Shown here: positions 46,243 through 56,150 of the stretch, in pieces
How the letters are laid out: each line of letters begins with the position of its first letter
How positions within the stretch are numbered: the stretch's first letter is position 1
Origin: a virus
Taxonomy: Duplodnaviria > Caudoviricetes
Length of the DNA: 58,788 nucleotides
Virus record (IMG/VR): IMGVR_UViG_3300020420_000017
Span: 1-58,788 of that record
Strand: one strand, 5' to 3'
Notes under the pieces: generated by a model
What the model saw: only the letters and a program-made list of their open reading frames with translations
Told to the model about the DNA's origin: nothing
Database searches by the model: none
Made by a program: the position numbers and the translations under genes

Positions 46243-47360
46243 TAGTTGTTACTCACATCTCCAAATGGATTTGTTTCAGAAAAGTCTATAAAATCTGCGC
46301 CAGTAGAAAAGTCTGCATTTTGTTCATTTTCAGAAAGCTGATTATCTTCAACCACTAGAGTAATAATACCACCAGCATTTGATTTAAGTCCAATTACTTT
46401 CTTACCTACTGCAAAAGTATGATATTTTCCATCATCAGCTCCTGCGTGTATAAGATGAATCTTATCATCTGAATCTGAATACTTAGCAACTTCAGCTCGC
46501 ATTGTGGTGCTACCACTAGGACTAGTAATTGTTTCACCAACTTCAAACACAGTCGGATTTGGATCAGTAAACTTAATAACTGGTGATCCTGAGTAACCTG
46601 TACCAGCATTTGTTATTGTTAATCCATTTACTTTACCGTTGTTACTATCTACTGTTGCCGTGATTGCTGCACCATTACCGGTACCATCTGTAACAGTTAC
46701 TGTTGGTGCAAAAAAGTAATTATTACCACTGTCTGTTAAGTTAACAGCAGTTATTTGTCCACCTGCTATTGTAGCAGATGCTTGTGCACTATCTCTTGTA
46801 TTATCAAGAGTTAACACATATTTATAAGCATATCTCGATTCAATGTCATCAATTGTGTCTACACCTGTATCTAGGTCTTCACCGGCATATTCAAACAACT
46901 GGCATCTAAGTTTAAATACTGGTAAGTTTTGTAATTGATAGAATGGTTGTTCATGTTCAACGTGCATAATTTGAAACATAGACTTTGACATTGGAAGATA
47001 TATCAAGTCTCCTTCTTTCGGTCTTGCAACTGTTATTTCATTGTCATATCTTTCGACAGTGGCACTCCATCGTCTTCTGGCCACTATAAATGTTGCTTCG
47101 TCTCTTATCTCAACACCAAATCTAGTAAATAAATCTCCTTCTCCATCAAAACCTTCAATGTTTTCAATATACATTTCTAATATGTAAGATGAATTAAAAC
47201 TAGATACAGGATCGTCGCCTAGTATGGTATCTTCGTTTACTATGTCTCTTGGCAAATAGTATACGTCTTGGCCATAAGTCTTTAATGACTCAATAACTAT
47301 GTCTTCGTAAAGTAACTGTTCAGAACGTACTTTCTGATTAAAATATAAATTTGTTGCCAT
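46242..47360 (-). CDS. 14: Neck protein gp14 with internal insertion
   Basis: YGQDVYYLPR, PKEGDLIYLP, C-terminal DFSETNPFG. Confidence 0.9.
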   Translation of the reverse strand: MATNLYFNQKVRSEQLLYEDIVIESLKTYGQDVYYLPRDIVNEDTILGDDPVSSFNSSYILEMYIENIEGFDGEGDLFTRFGVEIRDEATFIVARRRWSATVERYDNEITVARPKEGDLIYLPMSKSMFQIMHVEHEQPFYQLQNLPVFKLRCQLFEYAGEDLDTGVDTIDDIESRYAYKYVLTLDNTRDSAQASATIAGGQITAVNLTDSGNNYFFAPTVTVTDGTGNGAAITATVDSNNGKVNGLTITNAGTGYSGSPVIKFTDPNPTVFEVGETITSPSGSTTMRAEVAKYSDSDDKIHLIHAGADDGKYHTFAVGKKVIGLKSNAGGIITLVVEDNQLSENEQNADFSTGADFIDFSETNPFGDVSNN

Positions 47361-47361
47361 A

Positions 47362-48117
47362 TCATCCTACAAAAAAGTCTGGTGGAAGCTCTTGCTCTAA
47401 TCTTAAGTTTTCTCTTAACCTTTCAATTTCTCCTGTCGCATCATCATATATTTGTCTTCCATTTAAAACGACTCCTCCTGGTAACTGCATGCCTTCAAAT
47501 TTAATTAAGTTGGTGCCCCATTGTTGCTTTATTAATGCAGTTGTATATTCTTTAACAAATATATCATTAAAAACAGAAGTGTGTGTATTAGGATCAACAA
47601 TAGAATAAACTTCTGCTACTATGTAATCACCTGCTTTTATATCGCCGTCTGCAAAATCACCAAAGATATATAATCTATTTTGTCTTCTTGAAAATTGAAC
47701 TTGTGGGTGACCATTTAATTTCATGTCTAAAAGAGAAAGATATTGCTGCATCTGTTCATAATATGCTAAGTCTCCAGCAAAGTTCATTAGATCTGCAATA
47801 TCATTTAACATCATTTGATATTTTATATCAAAAAAGTTTCTAGAATTATTAAATGAACTTGTAAGAGGAAACATCTTTGAGACAAATAAAATATTATTTG
47901 AAAGAGAAATATATTCATTTGAAACATCAGTTGCAGTTATCTGATGTTTTAAATAAGTTCTAATTGTGGCATCAGAATGAAACTCTTGATAATACTGTAG
48001 CGCTTCGTCTACTCTATCTTCGACTTGATCTTCGTCTACATTTAATTCTATTACTGGTTCGCCTAGCCTTCGCTTACAGTAATCTATAAGAGTTATTCTG
48101 GAATTAGGGACAGCCAT
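47362..48117 (-). CDS. 13: Neck protein gp13
   Basis: YCKRRLGEPVI, QWGTNLIKF, LPGGVVLNG. Confidence 0.93.
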   Translation of the reverse strand: MAVPNSRITLIDYCKRRLGEPVIELNVDEDQVEDRVDEALQYYQEFHSDATIRTYLKHQITATDVSNEYISLSNNILFVSKMFPLTSSFNNSRNFFDIKYQMMLNDIADLMNFAGDLAYYEQMQQYLSLLDMKLNGHPQVQFSRRQNRLYIFGDFADGDIKAGDYIVAEVYSIVDPNTHTSVFNDIFVKEYTTALIKQQWGTNLIKFEGMQLPGGVVLNGRQIYDDATGEIERLRENLRLEQELPPDFFVG

Positions 48118-48134
48118 TTTAAATCCTTTTTATT

Positions 48135-48506
48135 CTATTTATAAGGACTTGTTCCTAAAACATCCTCATCCCATGCTGCTTTTAATGCTGTAATATTGAC
48201 AGCATTTGTTATCGCTGCTGCAGCTGGTGCGTCTCTAAGTTTCTTCTTCTTTGCTACGCTTGCCGCTTTTGCAGTCGCATCATCAGCTTCTAAAGCTTTC
48301 ATGTACACAACATCTTCTGCTTCAAGTAAAGGTCCTCTTACTTCTCTTATCTTATCTTTAAATATTACTTTTGCTGCAGTTAAGTCTTCAGTGATAGCTG
48401 TTTGTTCGCTATCAAATACCCATGCATTTCTGAAGTGTCTATCAGAAGGCTTAGTGGATGGAACGGCAGCAATCACTCCATCTTTATCTTGAATCATCGT
48501 AGTCAT
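48135..48506 (-). CDS. Tail-fibre-assembly-like protein
   Basis: PSDRHFRNAW, IREVR..LL...D, KLRDAP, LKAAW. Confidence 0.6.
   Translation of the reverse strand: MTTMIQDKDGVIAAVPSTKPSDRHFRNAWVFDSEQTAITEDLTAAKVIFKDKIREVRGPLLEAEDVVYMKALEADDATAKAASVAKKKKLRDAPAAAAITNAVNITALKAAWDEDVLGTSPYK
48136..48143 (-). promoter_or_regulatory. Late promoter
   Basis: TATAAATA upstream of 13. Confidence 0.75.
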
Positions 48507-48516
48507 CTTTCTCTCC

Positions 48517-48984
48517 TTATGCTACTTCTTGATTAATCTTCCAAGCATTTCGCCACGTTCTATGACTTGGTAGATTTTGTTTCTTACAAATTACTAATCT
48601 CTTACGATTAGATCTCTCATAGTTTCTCCATACTCTTTGTGGTATGTCTTTCATAATCAAATACTCAATCGCTTGTTCTTCAGTCATCTTGTCGACTGGT
48701 TTTGTATTATGTAGTAGATAACCTCTAGTATGTTTCTTAAAATCTGGTTTTGCTTCATCTTTAGCCAAAGCCCAATAAACTTCTACCGGTGGAAGTATAC
48801 CACCTTGTAAAGCACATGCTAACCAGTTTGGATCTGGTATCGTAACTTTTGCAGGTGCATCCGGTTCTTCTGGATCTTCCCATATTACTCTGTAATCACT
48901 TTGTACACCATCTAAATTATCTTTAGCCCAGTGTAATCTATTCCATAAATGTGTTCCCTGAAATTCAGGTGTTTCAATTGTCAT
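48517..48984 (-). CDS. Hypothetical tail-associated protein
   Basis: Ends LPSHRTWRNAW, echoing the next ORF. Confidence 0.6.
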   Translation of the reverse strand: MTIETPEFQGTHLWNRLHWAKDNLDGVQSDYRVIWEDPEEPDAPAKVTIPDPNWLACALQGGILPPVEVYWALAKDEAKPDFKKHTRGYLLHNTKPVDKMTEEQAIEYLIMKDIPQRVWRNYERSNRKRLVICKKQNLPSHRTWRNAWKINQEVA

Positions 48985-49391
48985 GCTAAATCTCCTAATA
49001 CCATTGATGATGCATTTTGATTGTTATCTGTTAAAGCATAGCTATATTTTTTAAATGATGTTCCATAGCCAGTTGTAGCTTGATCTACTGAATCATCTAT
49101 ATTATGTACAAATATACTCCCACCGTCTTGTTTATCATCACCACTTGAAACAACTGCATAATCTCCATTGGCCATATTATTATTAATTTGCGGAGCGTAT
49201 TTTCCAACAGCTGAATCAGTTACAGAACTCATGTTAAAAGAATCAACCACATTAACTGCTGCAGCGTATGTTCTTACCCATGCTTTACACAATCCACTTT
49301 GCATATTAGTTGTAGCAGTACCTTCACCACGAACGTTAACGGAACCAGCGGTTGTCTTACCTTGTATAGTATCTATAACTAATGTACTCAT
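48981..49391 (-). CDS. Short tail-fibre/adhesin module, family A
   Basis: MSTLVIDTI..., GEGTATTNMQSGLCKAW, ends GDLA. Confidence 0.6.
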   Translation of the reverse strand: MSTLVIDTIQGKTTAGSVNVRGEGTATTNMQSGLCKAWVRTYAAAVNVVDSFNMSSVTDSAVGKYAPQINNNMANGDYAVVSSGDDKQDGGSIFVHNIDDSVDQATTGYGTSFKKYSYALTDNNQNASSMVLGDLA

Positions 49392-49828
49392 GCCAATACT
49401 CCGTGCATAGTGCTTGATTGCTCTACCCATTGATATAATGTTCCTGCATAACAAGTTATATATCTTAGATTACCACTATCTGAAGTGGTCTGTCTTTTTC
49501 TACATGATGCGTCACTGTTTCCTCCATCATATCCACCTGTCCAACCCCAAGTATGATTCATACTTGAAAAATTGTTTGTGTAACTAATAGTTATATCAGC
49601 AGAACCATTATCAGTAGTGCCACTAACATTCATGCTTTGGCCATTATCTATTGCACCATCACCATTATTACAACAATAAACTTTTGCTAATCCTTGTTGT
49701 AAGTTTGTTGTAGCGGTGCCTTCGCCTTGTATCGTAACTTGACCAGTATTTGATATAATCATAGAGGTCGTATCAGAATCATACTTTAGATTTGTAACTT
49801 CAATATTTGTTCCTACTATTGTACTCAT
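49388..49828 (-). CDS. Short tail-fibre/adhesin module, family A
   Basis: GEGTATTNLQQGLAK, ends GVLA. Confidence 0.6.
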   Translation of the reverse strand: MSTIVGTNIEVTNLKYDSDTTSMIISNTGQVTIQGEGTATTNLQQGLAKVYCCNNGDGAIDNGQSMNVSGTTDNGSADITISYTNNFSSMNHTWGWTGGYDGGNSDASCRKRQTTSDSGNLRYITCYAGTLYQWVEQSSTMHGVLA

Positions 49829-50295
49829 GCTAGATCTCCGTGCACTGTTCCTTCAACAAAATCACAATCAACTGCTGCGCCTCCTCCAGTATTATTACTA
49901 TGATATAAAGTTTTAAATTGAACATAAGTTGTCGCCTTGTAGCTTGAAGCATTATCATAAAACATATGAGCTATTTGATTAGATGCTTTACAACAAAGAG
50001 TATTAGCCATAAAATTAATGCTTCCCATATTATTTGTATAATTAAGTGTATAGTTACCTGTTGCATTATCAGTTATAGAACCAACATTATGACCATCTCC
50101 TAAAGAAACAGTTCCCGCTGTTCCATCAAAAGAAAATGTCGCTTTTGCTAACCCTTGTTGTAGGTTAGTTGTTGCAGTACCTTCACCCTGTACGACTATA
50201 GATCCTGCAGTCGTCTGTCCTTCTAAGACATTAGTCTTGATCTTATATTGACCTGCAACGTTTTTAATTTCATCTACTTTTATTTGACTTGGCAT
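49825..50295 (-). CDS. Short tail-fibre/adhesin module, family A
   Basis: GEGTATTNLQQGLAK, ends GDLA. Confidence 0.6.
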   Translation of the reverse strand: MPSQIKVDEIKNVAGQYKIKTNVLEGQTTAGSIVVQGEGTATTNLQQGLAKATFSFDGTAGTVSLGDGHNVGSITDNATGNYTLNYTNNMGSINFMANTLCCKASNQIAHMFYDNASSYKATTYVQFKTLYHSNNTGGGAAVDCDFVEGTVHGDLA

Positions 50296-50305
50296 ATCTT
50301 TATCC

Positions 50306-50812
50306 TCATGCTGGTCCTATTCTATAACCTTCCAAGCCATTTGAAGTTCTACCTGCTTGTTTATTTTTGGTTGAACCTTGTCCATGATAGCCATAAGGTA
50401 AAATTCTATCCCCTGACACTAATTTAACAATACCATGTGCTTGGACACTTGGATATGCTCCAGTTGTTTGGCTATAGTTTGCTACTTCATGTTGAATTGT
50501 ATTTGTTGATGAGCCATCTGCTTTTCCTATATATATCCAAGATATAAGTCTAAAAGGCACAGCATTATCCAAAGAAAACTTGCTACTAATCCACCAATAC
50601 CCTGCAGTAGCTGAAGTAATTACAACACGATTATTAGACAGATCAGTAATGCTATGAGTATCCCACTCAACAGTATCATAAGTAAGAGCAGTAGTTGTTG
50701 CATTAGATAATGATTGTGTTGCACTATTAAACATACGAAAAGTACAAGGTGTTACATCTATTACACCACCACTCGTCTTTGGCTCTATTATATCTACTGC
50801 TATAGTGCTCAT
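50306..50812 (-). CDS. Tail-fibre module with C1q/TNF-like head
   Basis: MSTIAVDII start; F....QSL...TALTYDTVEWD...AGYWWI pattern. Confidence 0.55.
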   Translation of the reverse strand: MSTIAVDIIEPKTSGGVIDVTPCTFRMFNSATQSLSNATTTALTYDTVEWDTHSITDLSNNRVVITSATAGYWWISSKFSLDNAVPFRLISWIYIGKADGSSTNTIQHEVANYSQTTGAYPSVQAHGIVKLVSGDRILPYGYHGQGSTKNKQAGRTSNGLEGYRIGPA

Positions 50813-50979
50813 ACGACTACTAGCCTTCCTCCGCTGTTAACTGTCAGTGTTACTCCACTCGCAACTGTAATCGGTCCTGCTATCATCGCATTTTCTGTAG
50901 CTTCGATAGTTACGTTTGCAGTTACTTCTTTAAGTGTAATCTTAAATCCTATTCCTTTTCCTATTCTACTTAATGCCAT
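50809..50979 (-). CDS. 56-aa adaptor-like fibre peptide
   Basis: Read manually: MALSRIGKG...NAMIAGPITVASGVTLTVNSGGRLVVV. Confidence 0.65.
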   Translation of the reverse strand: MALSRIGKGIGFKITLKEVTANVTIEATENAMIAGPITVASGVTLTVNSGGRLVVV

Positions 50980-50999
50980 TTTAATTTATCCTATATAAT

Positions 51000-51647
51000 T
51001 TATGATGAGGCTCCAAAAGCTGTTATCCAAATTTGTGGTTGATGAAACTGATTACTGCCGCCACCGTCAAAATATTGCGATCCGTGCATTCTTTCTATGC
51101 CGTTTCCTCCGTATGCTCTACTCGCCCACTTCATGGTTTTAGCAGATGACCAACTTGGTACAGCTCCAGTATTTGAATCTTGACCGCTTAAAGAAGAATC
51201 TATTCTAAAATACCATTGACACATTGGCTTTGATTCATTATAGTAACCAGCATGAGTACGGCGACCATAAACAACCTCTGTTCCTTCTAAGTATAATCTA
51301 TAATGCTGAATAGAATGAGCAGTATCGTTCCACGCGGCGTTGTGCAAAAACTCGTACATTACACCTATGCAATTTGAAGGAGCCGTGTAAGTTACAGTAG
51401 ATCCATCTACGTCTACATAACTTGTTCCATTGATAAGTTGATACGCAGTAACTGTAGGTAAAGTAAAAGTAGTTCCACTTTTTGTAGTTCGAGTAGAACC
51501 ATCACACATACCGCCAATTTTTTCTAAGATATTTCCACTTGAAAAATTAGTAATAGTCATACTACCACCTGTAGTAGTAGGAAAAACTATCATGTCACTA
51601 TCACTATTTGGTTTTTGAATCTTATCTACTTTTAGTATACTTACCAC
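51000..51647 (-). CDS. Tail-fibre/adhesin module
   Basis: SILKVDKI N-terminus shared with 52544-53182. Confidence 0.55.
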   Translation of the reverse strand: MVSILKVDKIQKPNSDSDMIVFPTTTGGSMTITNFSSGNILEKIGGMCDGSTRTTKSGTTFTLPTVTAYQLINGTSYVDVDGSTVTYTAPSNCIGVMYEFLHNAAWNDTAHSIQHYRLYLEGTEVVYGRRTHAGYYNESKPMCQWYFRIDSSLSGQDSNTGAVPSWSSAKTMKWASRAYGGNGIERMHGSQYFDGGGSNQFHQPQIWITAFGASS

Positions 51648-51650
51648 TTT

Positions 51651-51941
51651 TTACTCCGGTTTTGTTGGCCATGTGATATTGCTTAACGCGTCATCGGCTG
51701 GAGTTGTCTTTGTAATATCTCTTAGAGCTTGTCTGTAAGTCTTCCAATCTGCAGACATTGTGACGTCTGAGTTTCCCATCCAATCAGTTTCAGCTAAGAG
51801 TCGATTACGTTGCTCTCTTAAATCAGCCATTCTACGTGCAGGTGCACCGTCAGCCCACGCTTGTTCTTCAAGATCTCTTGCGGTTTCTTCTTCTGCCGTA
51901 AACTGGATCCTTTCTCCGTTTACCATCTTAAATCTTGGCAT
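51651..51941 (-). CDS. Tail fibre assembly chaperone (Tfa-like)
   Basis: LREQRNRLLAETDW...YRQALRDIT...WPTKP. Confidence 0.8.
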   Translation of the reverse strand: MPRFKMVNGERIQFTAEEETARDLEEQAWADGAPARRMADLREQRNRLLAETDWMGNSDVTMSADWKTYRQALRDITKTTPADDALSNITWPTKPE

Positions 51942-51950
51942 TTTTTTCTC

Positions 51951-52544
51951 CTATTGAAAATAACATTTAAATGCTCCTGAATCTAAATTTCCATTACCGG
52001 GATAACAACGTACTGTAGTAAGATCAGTTACTGAACCAAGATCAACAACTCCTGCTCCTACAATACATCCATCAGGATAAGCACTACTGTTAACGTGATT
52101 ATTAAATATCCAGTATCTACCATCTATTGTTAAAAAGCGTGCAATACCATTAAAAGTATTTGCAGCGCTATTGTAACCAGATGCCATTTGAAAAGCTGAT
52201 GTTGCATTTGTTCCAGCTGCAGCTGTAGCATGAACATATGCACTTCCTCCAAGATAACCAGAGGTTAATACTCCACTTGAATTACCAACTCTCCAATAAA
52301 GCTCTGCAGTTCCAGTACCACTTACGTTACGATATGTTACAGTTACAAGTTTAGTTCCGCTTGGTACCGTAAAGTCCACTTGCCCTACTTGAGATGATAT
52401 TGTACTTACTGCCAAAGTAGAAAATTTATAATTCGTTGTTTTTATATCTGACATGACACCATCAGATGCTATAGTAAAAGCCGTGGTGTCAGAATCAAAC
52501 TTAATATTCTGAGTTTCGATATTTGTTACAACTAATTTACTCAT
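51951..52544 (-). CDS. Tail-fibre/adhesin module, family C
   Basis: KLVVTNIE..IKFDSDTT N-terminus shared with 49388-49828; head resembles 55560-56150. Confidence 0.55.
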   Translation of the reverse strand: MSKLVVTNIETQNIKFDSDTTAFTIASDGVMSDIKTTNYKFSTLAVSTISSQVGQVDFTVPSGTKLVTVTYRNVSGTGTAELYWRVGNSSGVLTSGYLGGSAYVHATAAAGTNATSAFQMASGYNSAANTFNGIARFLTIDGRYWIFNNHVNSSAYPDGCIVGAGVVDLGSVTDLTTVRCYPGNGNLDSGAFKCYFQ

Positions 52545-53182
52545 TACTTAATTCCGTATAGTTTAACTGTTCCACTAGATATATCTCCGCTATTAAAATA
52601 AAACCTATATCCATTTATAACTGAAGAGGCCTGTGTGTTTATTAACGAACCAAATGCATTGTAACCACCATGAGAACCACTAGTACTGTAACTGTTAACT
52701 CCTCCTTCATAATTAAAATTAAAAGATGTATTATTTACATGTTTTAAATGAATTCTACCAGAAACAGCTTCACCTGTTGAATTTCCAGTATTGTCGTGAG
52801 TGTATATAAAGTAATCATTACCGTTTGAATTTGTAGAACCATGGACGGGGCTACTAGTTTCATAAGCGTATATAGCACCAGTTTGCAATACACCTCCTAT
52901 AAATACTCTTGAATACAATTTTACACCATCACTTGCTGGTTTAAAGGTGAAAGACATAATGTAATCATCATATGTGGCATTTATGTGAGTGGATGAAATA
53001 TCATATGCTGAAACTGCACTCGATATTGTAGCATCCAATAATTTTACTGTAGCGGTGCCAGTAACAGTTCCACTAAAAGTAACATTCTTTGGAAACGTAA
53101 TATTACCAGTCCCATCAAGACTTATGGTATCACTATCTAATCCTGTTCCTCTTATCTTATCTACTTTTAAAATACTTGCCAT
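52544..53182 (-). CDS. Tail-fibre/adhesin module, family C
   Basis: SILKVDKI start; ends SGDISSGTVKLYGIK. Confidence 0.55.
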   Translation of the reverse strand: MASILKVDKIRGTGLDSDTISLDGTGNITFPKNVTFSGTVTGTATVKLLDATISSAVSAYDISSTHINATYDDYIMSFTFKPASDGVKLYSRVFIGGVLQTGAIYAYETSSPVHGSTNSNGNDYFIYTHDNTGNSTGEAVSGRIHLKHVNNTSFNFNYEGGVNSYSTSGSHGGYNAFGSLINTQASSVINGYRFYFNSGDISSGTVKLYGIK

Positions 53183-53388
53183 TATACTATACTTAGGTTA
53201 CCTTGTAATGTTAACGTTTGGCCGCTATCAATCGAAAGAGGACCAGCAACCATAGCATTCTTATCAGAATCAATTGTAACACTCGTATCAAGGTTTTGAT
53301 CATTTAGTCTAAAGACTACATTAGATCCTGTAGGAAAAGCTTTTTCCGTAAGAAAACCTGACTTTGCTGTCTCTCTTGCTCTCGTCAT
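53182..53388 (-). CDS. Adaptor-like fibre peptide
   Basis: MTRARE start; NAMVAGPLSIDSGQTLTLQGNLSIV end. Confidence 0.6.
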   Translation of the reverse strand: MTRARETAKSGFLTEKAFPTGSNVVFRLNDQNLDTSVTIDSDKNAMVAGPLSIDSGQTLTLQGNLSIV

Positions 53389-53762
53389 TAACTAGCTCTT
53401 GTTGGCCATGTTACAGATGAATCAACTAATTCACCTGCTGCGTCTGTGGTTGGTTTCGCAGAAGCTGGTAGGTCTCTTAGAGCTTGCATATAAGTCTTAA
53501 GCTTTTCATCAACTGCAACTCCTGATGAGTACGCCTTTATAACTTCCCAATCTAAAGCCGTAAGTTTTGCATCTCTTTCAACGCGAAGTAATCTCATTCC
53601 TTCTGCTGCATCCATTTCTGCAATTTTGTCGGTTACTTCTTTTTCTGTTGGAACAGTTTGACTCTTGTCTAGCCATTCTAATCCAGACCATGCGTCACCT
53701 CTTAGAACCCATGAAGCTCCCGGCTTAAGAGCTTGAAGTGCGGCTGCTATATCATATTTCAT
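53388..53762 (-). CDS. Tail fibre assembly chaperone-like protein
   Basis: ALQALKPGASW, LRVERDAKL...YMQALRDLP...WP. Confidence 0.7.
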   Translation of the reverse strand: MKYDIAAALQALKPGASWVLRGDAWSGLEWLDKSQTVPTEKEVTDKIAEMDAAEGMRLLRVERDAKLTALDWEVIKAYSSGVAVDEKLKTYMQALRDLPASAKPTTDAAGELVDSSVTWPTRAS

Positions 53763-53784
53763 TTAAGTCTCCTTTTAATATGAT

Positions 53785-53792
53785 TATTTATA
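53785..53792 (-). promoter_or_regulatory. Late promoter
   Basis: Intergenic TATAAATA. Confidence 0.75.
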
Positions 53793-53799
53793 CTACTAT

Positions 53800-54036
53800 C
53801 TATGGTTTATCTGGAAACTTAAAACCAGTAGCATTTCCTTTTTCATCTTTTTCATTCATACTTGAAAATTTTTTCGTTATGTCTCGTAACTCTTGTCTAT
53901 ATGTTTTCCATTCGTCTGGAACTGCAATCCCAGCTTCTAAAGCATTCACCACTACCCAGTCGCTTTGAGTTAACAAATCATTTCTGACATTTCTTAACAT
54001 CAATAGTTCTGTTTCTGATTTAGATAAATCTGCCAT
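53800..54036 (-). CDS. Tail fibre assembly chaperone (Tfa-like)
   Basis: LRNVRNDLLTQSDW...YRQELRDIT...FPDKP. Confidence 0.8.
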   Translation of the reverse strand: MADLSKSETELLMLRNVRNDLLTQSDWVVVNALEAGIAVPDEWKTYRQELRDITKKFSSMNEKDEKGNATGFKFPDKP

Positions 54037-54629
54037 TAGCCTTTAATCTCTTGTAAAGTTAAATTACATGTTGCCATGTGTGCTTCTTCATTGTTGTAGT
54101 TATATCCGGAACCATTTTTAACTAAAGTCTTAGTACCACCTACATGAGAAACAACACCTTGTATGTTATAAGTAATTGCAGAAGTCGTACTTGGTGAGTC
54201 TGCAAAATGAAAAGGTACAACATGTTGTCTTGATGCCGAGTACCCAGCGTCTTTTACAACCGAATGCATAGGCCTTGAACCAGTCGCATCAGCGCCATGT
54301 ACCGTTGTTAGCGTAGACAAAGAGGTCGGCTCTCCTATTACCGTACTTCCTCTTTTTAATCTCACTCCTATATAATCAAGTCTACTACTAAAATTACTAT
54401 ATAAGCCTCCTACATGTAAAAATCCAAAAATAAGAATTTTACTACTTGTTGCTGAAGGAGTTATTGAAGCACTCATTAATGTAACTGGATTGGCTCCACT
54501 TATACCGGTATGAGATGATGCAGTTCCATCATGACTAGTTATTGTTTGTAATATTGCGCCAGTTGGCATAGAAGTCAACGGTGTTTGATCTAAATCAACT
54601 AATCTTGGTTTTGCTCTTTGTATCGGCAT
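54036..54629 (-). CDS. Tail-fibre/adhesin module, family B
   Basis: GAILQ, SITPSATSSKILI, DSPSTTSAITY, QEIKG. Confidence 0.6.
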   Translation of the reverse strand: MPIQRAKPRLVDLDQTPLTSMPTGAILQTITSHDGTASSHTGISGANPVTLMSASITPSATSSKILIFGFLHVGGLYSNFSSRLDYIGVRLKRGSTVIGEPTSLSTLTTVHGADATGSRPMHSVVKDAGYSASRQHVVPFHFADSPSTTSAITYNIQGVVSHVGGTKTLVKNGSGYNYNNEEAHMATCNLTLQEIKG

Positions 54630-55078
54630 TATGCTAACTTTCCTATCACTTGTCCTGCGTGGTATGGTCCATCTTGTCCACCAAAACCAGCATTGCCTAA
54701 GTTAAATTCATATGTAGTAGTTGAAAATTGATTATCATCTACCCAAGAAGAGTATCCTGCTGTAGCATCTCCTCCACAATCAGATAATGAAAACAAAGAC
54801 GTACTCATGGCACTCGTCATTGCAAATTTAGTTGCACCGGTAGTAATGTCAGTAAGTGATGAATGATTAAAACTTTCAGAACCGTGTATTGCAGTAGTAG
54901 AACTCGTTGTGTAACAAACATATGCTTTTATTAATCCTTGTTGCAGATTAGTCGTTGTACTACCACCATCACTCGTAACATTAATAGAACCTGCAGTATC
55001 AATACCACTTAACTGATTGACCTTAACATCATTACCACCTTGATTGTTTTTGATCTTATTTGCAAATATCGTACTCAT
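54629..55078 (-). CDS. Short tail-fibre/adhesin module, family A
   Basis: TAGSINV...TTNLQQGLIKA, ends GKLA. Confidence 0.6.
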   Translation of the reverse strand: MSTIFANKIKNNQGGNDVKVNQLSGIDTAGSINVTSDGGSTTTNLQQGLIKAYVCYTTSSTTAIHGSESFNHSSLTDITTGATKFAMTSAMSTSLFSLSDCGGDATAGYSSWVDDNQFSTTTYEFNLGNAGFGGQDGPYHAGQVIGKLA

Positions 55079-55563
55079 TGTGCGATCTCCTGAGCAATAA
55101 TATGTGATGGCTCATTAGCTATATTGTAGTAATGAGTTCCTCCGCCCGAAGCTAACATGTATACTGCATAAGTTGTCGCGCTTGTAGTTGATGGTGAATC
55201 TAAAATAATCATAGTTGCATTTGTGTCTCTACTATTGTTATCATAAAATCTACCCATGCCATAAGTGCTATTTCCTAAATTAGTTGAACCTCTATATAAT
55301 GTATAGGTGATAAGTCCCGAAGTTGCGCACTGAACTGGAACTACAGCGGATACTAAAATTTTACTAGATGTTGAAGTAGGAGTTATCGATACAGAGGTTG
55401 AAGTTGCAAAAAAACTTGAAGCCGTAAATGAAGTTTCAGTGGCAGCAGTTCCGGAAACAACTTGAATTACATGACCAGGCGCCCGTAATACATCTCCACT
55501 TGCGATTGTGATAGCATTTCCAGTTCTTGCCGCAATTTTATTTACATTTATTTGACCGGTCAT
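55075..55563 (-). CDS. Tail-fibre/adhesin module, family B
   Basis: APGHVIQVV, SITPTSTSSKILV, LDSPSTTSATTY, QEIAQ. Confidence 0.6.
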   Translation of the reverse strand: MTGQINVNKIAARTGNAITIASGDVLRAPGHVIQVVSGTAATETSFTASSFFATSTSVSITPTSTSSKILVSAVVPVQCATSGLITYTLYRGSTNLGNSTYGMGRFYDNNSRDTNATMIILDSPSTTSATTYAVYMLASGGGTHYYNIANEPSHIIAQEIAQ

Positions 55564-56150
55564 GTTGTTGTGTACTCCAAATATATTTTACCGCCTTGAA
55601 AAGTAGCACTACCAGCAACTGTCGTCCATTGAACTCTGTCAAGTGTTCCACCTAAATCGATATAACCGATACCACTGTTATGATAGTAACTATTATTAGA
55701 CATTAATTTACTTGTGATTAAATATCGGTTTGTTGTACTAATCATTTTTCTAACTTCATAATAACCCCACACACTATAAGATGAACCAGATGCACCGTCC
55801 ATATAAGTGTCACACCCTGCAGTTTGCCCTTCGGTATATACACTTCCACCGGCAGAATTTGCTAGTACTCTCCAATCGTATCCACTAGTTGCTATACTTC
55901 CTGCACCAATTCTAAATCTTGATTGAGTACTACCATTTTTATATGTTCCATCAATGTATAGTCTTACACAATGCGCATTTGACGGAATACTACTGATAGT
56001 ATTTTCAGTGCCTGACATTGACTCAGCATTTCCTGTTACTATTTTTTCTCTTTTATCTACTGAAAAAGACACAGAACCATCAGTACCTACTTCAAATGCG
56101 TCAGTTGCATTAGTATGTTGTATCTTTGTTAATCCTACTATTCCTGCCAT
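55560..56150 (-). CDS. Tail-fibre/adhesin module, family C
   Basis: IPSNA..VRL, RIG....TSGY, DLGGTLDRV pattern. Confidence 0.55.
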   Translation of the reverse strand: MAGIVGLTKIQHTNATDAFEVGTDGSVSFSVDKREKIVTGNAESMSGTENTISSIPSNAHCVRLYIDGTYKNGSTQSRFRIGAGSIATSGYDWRVLANSAGGSVYTEGQTAGCDTYMDGASGSSYSVWGYYEVRKMISTTNRYLITSKLMSNNSYYHNSGIGYIDLGGTLDRVQWTTVAGSATFQGGKIYLEYTTT

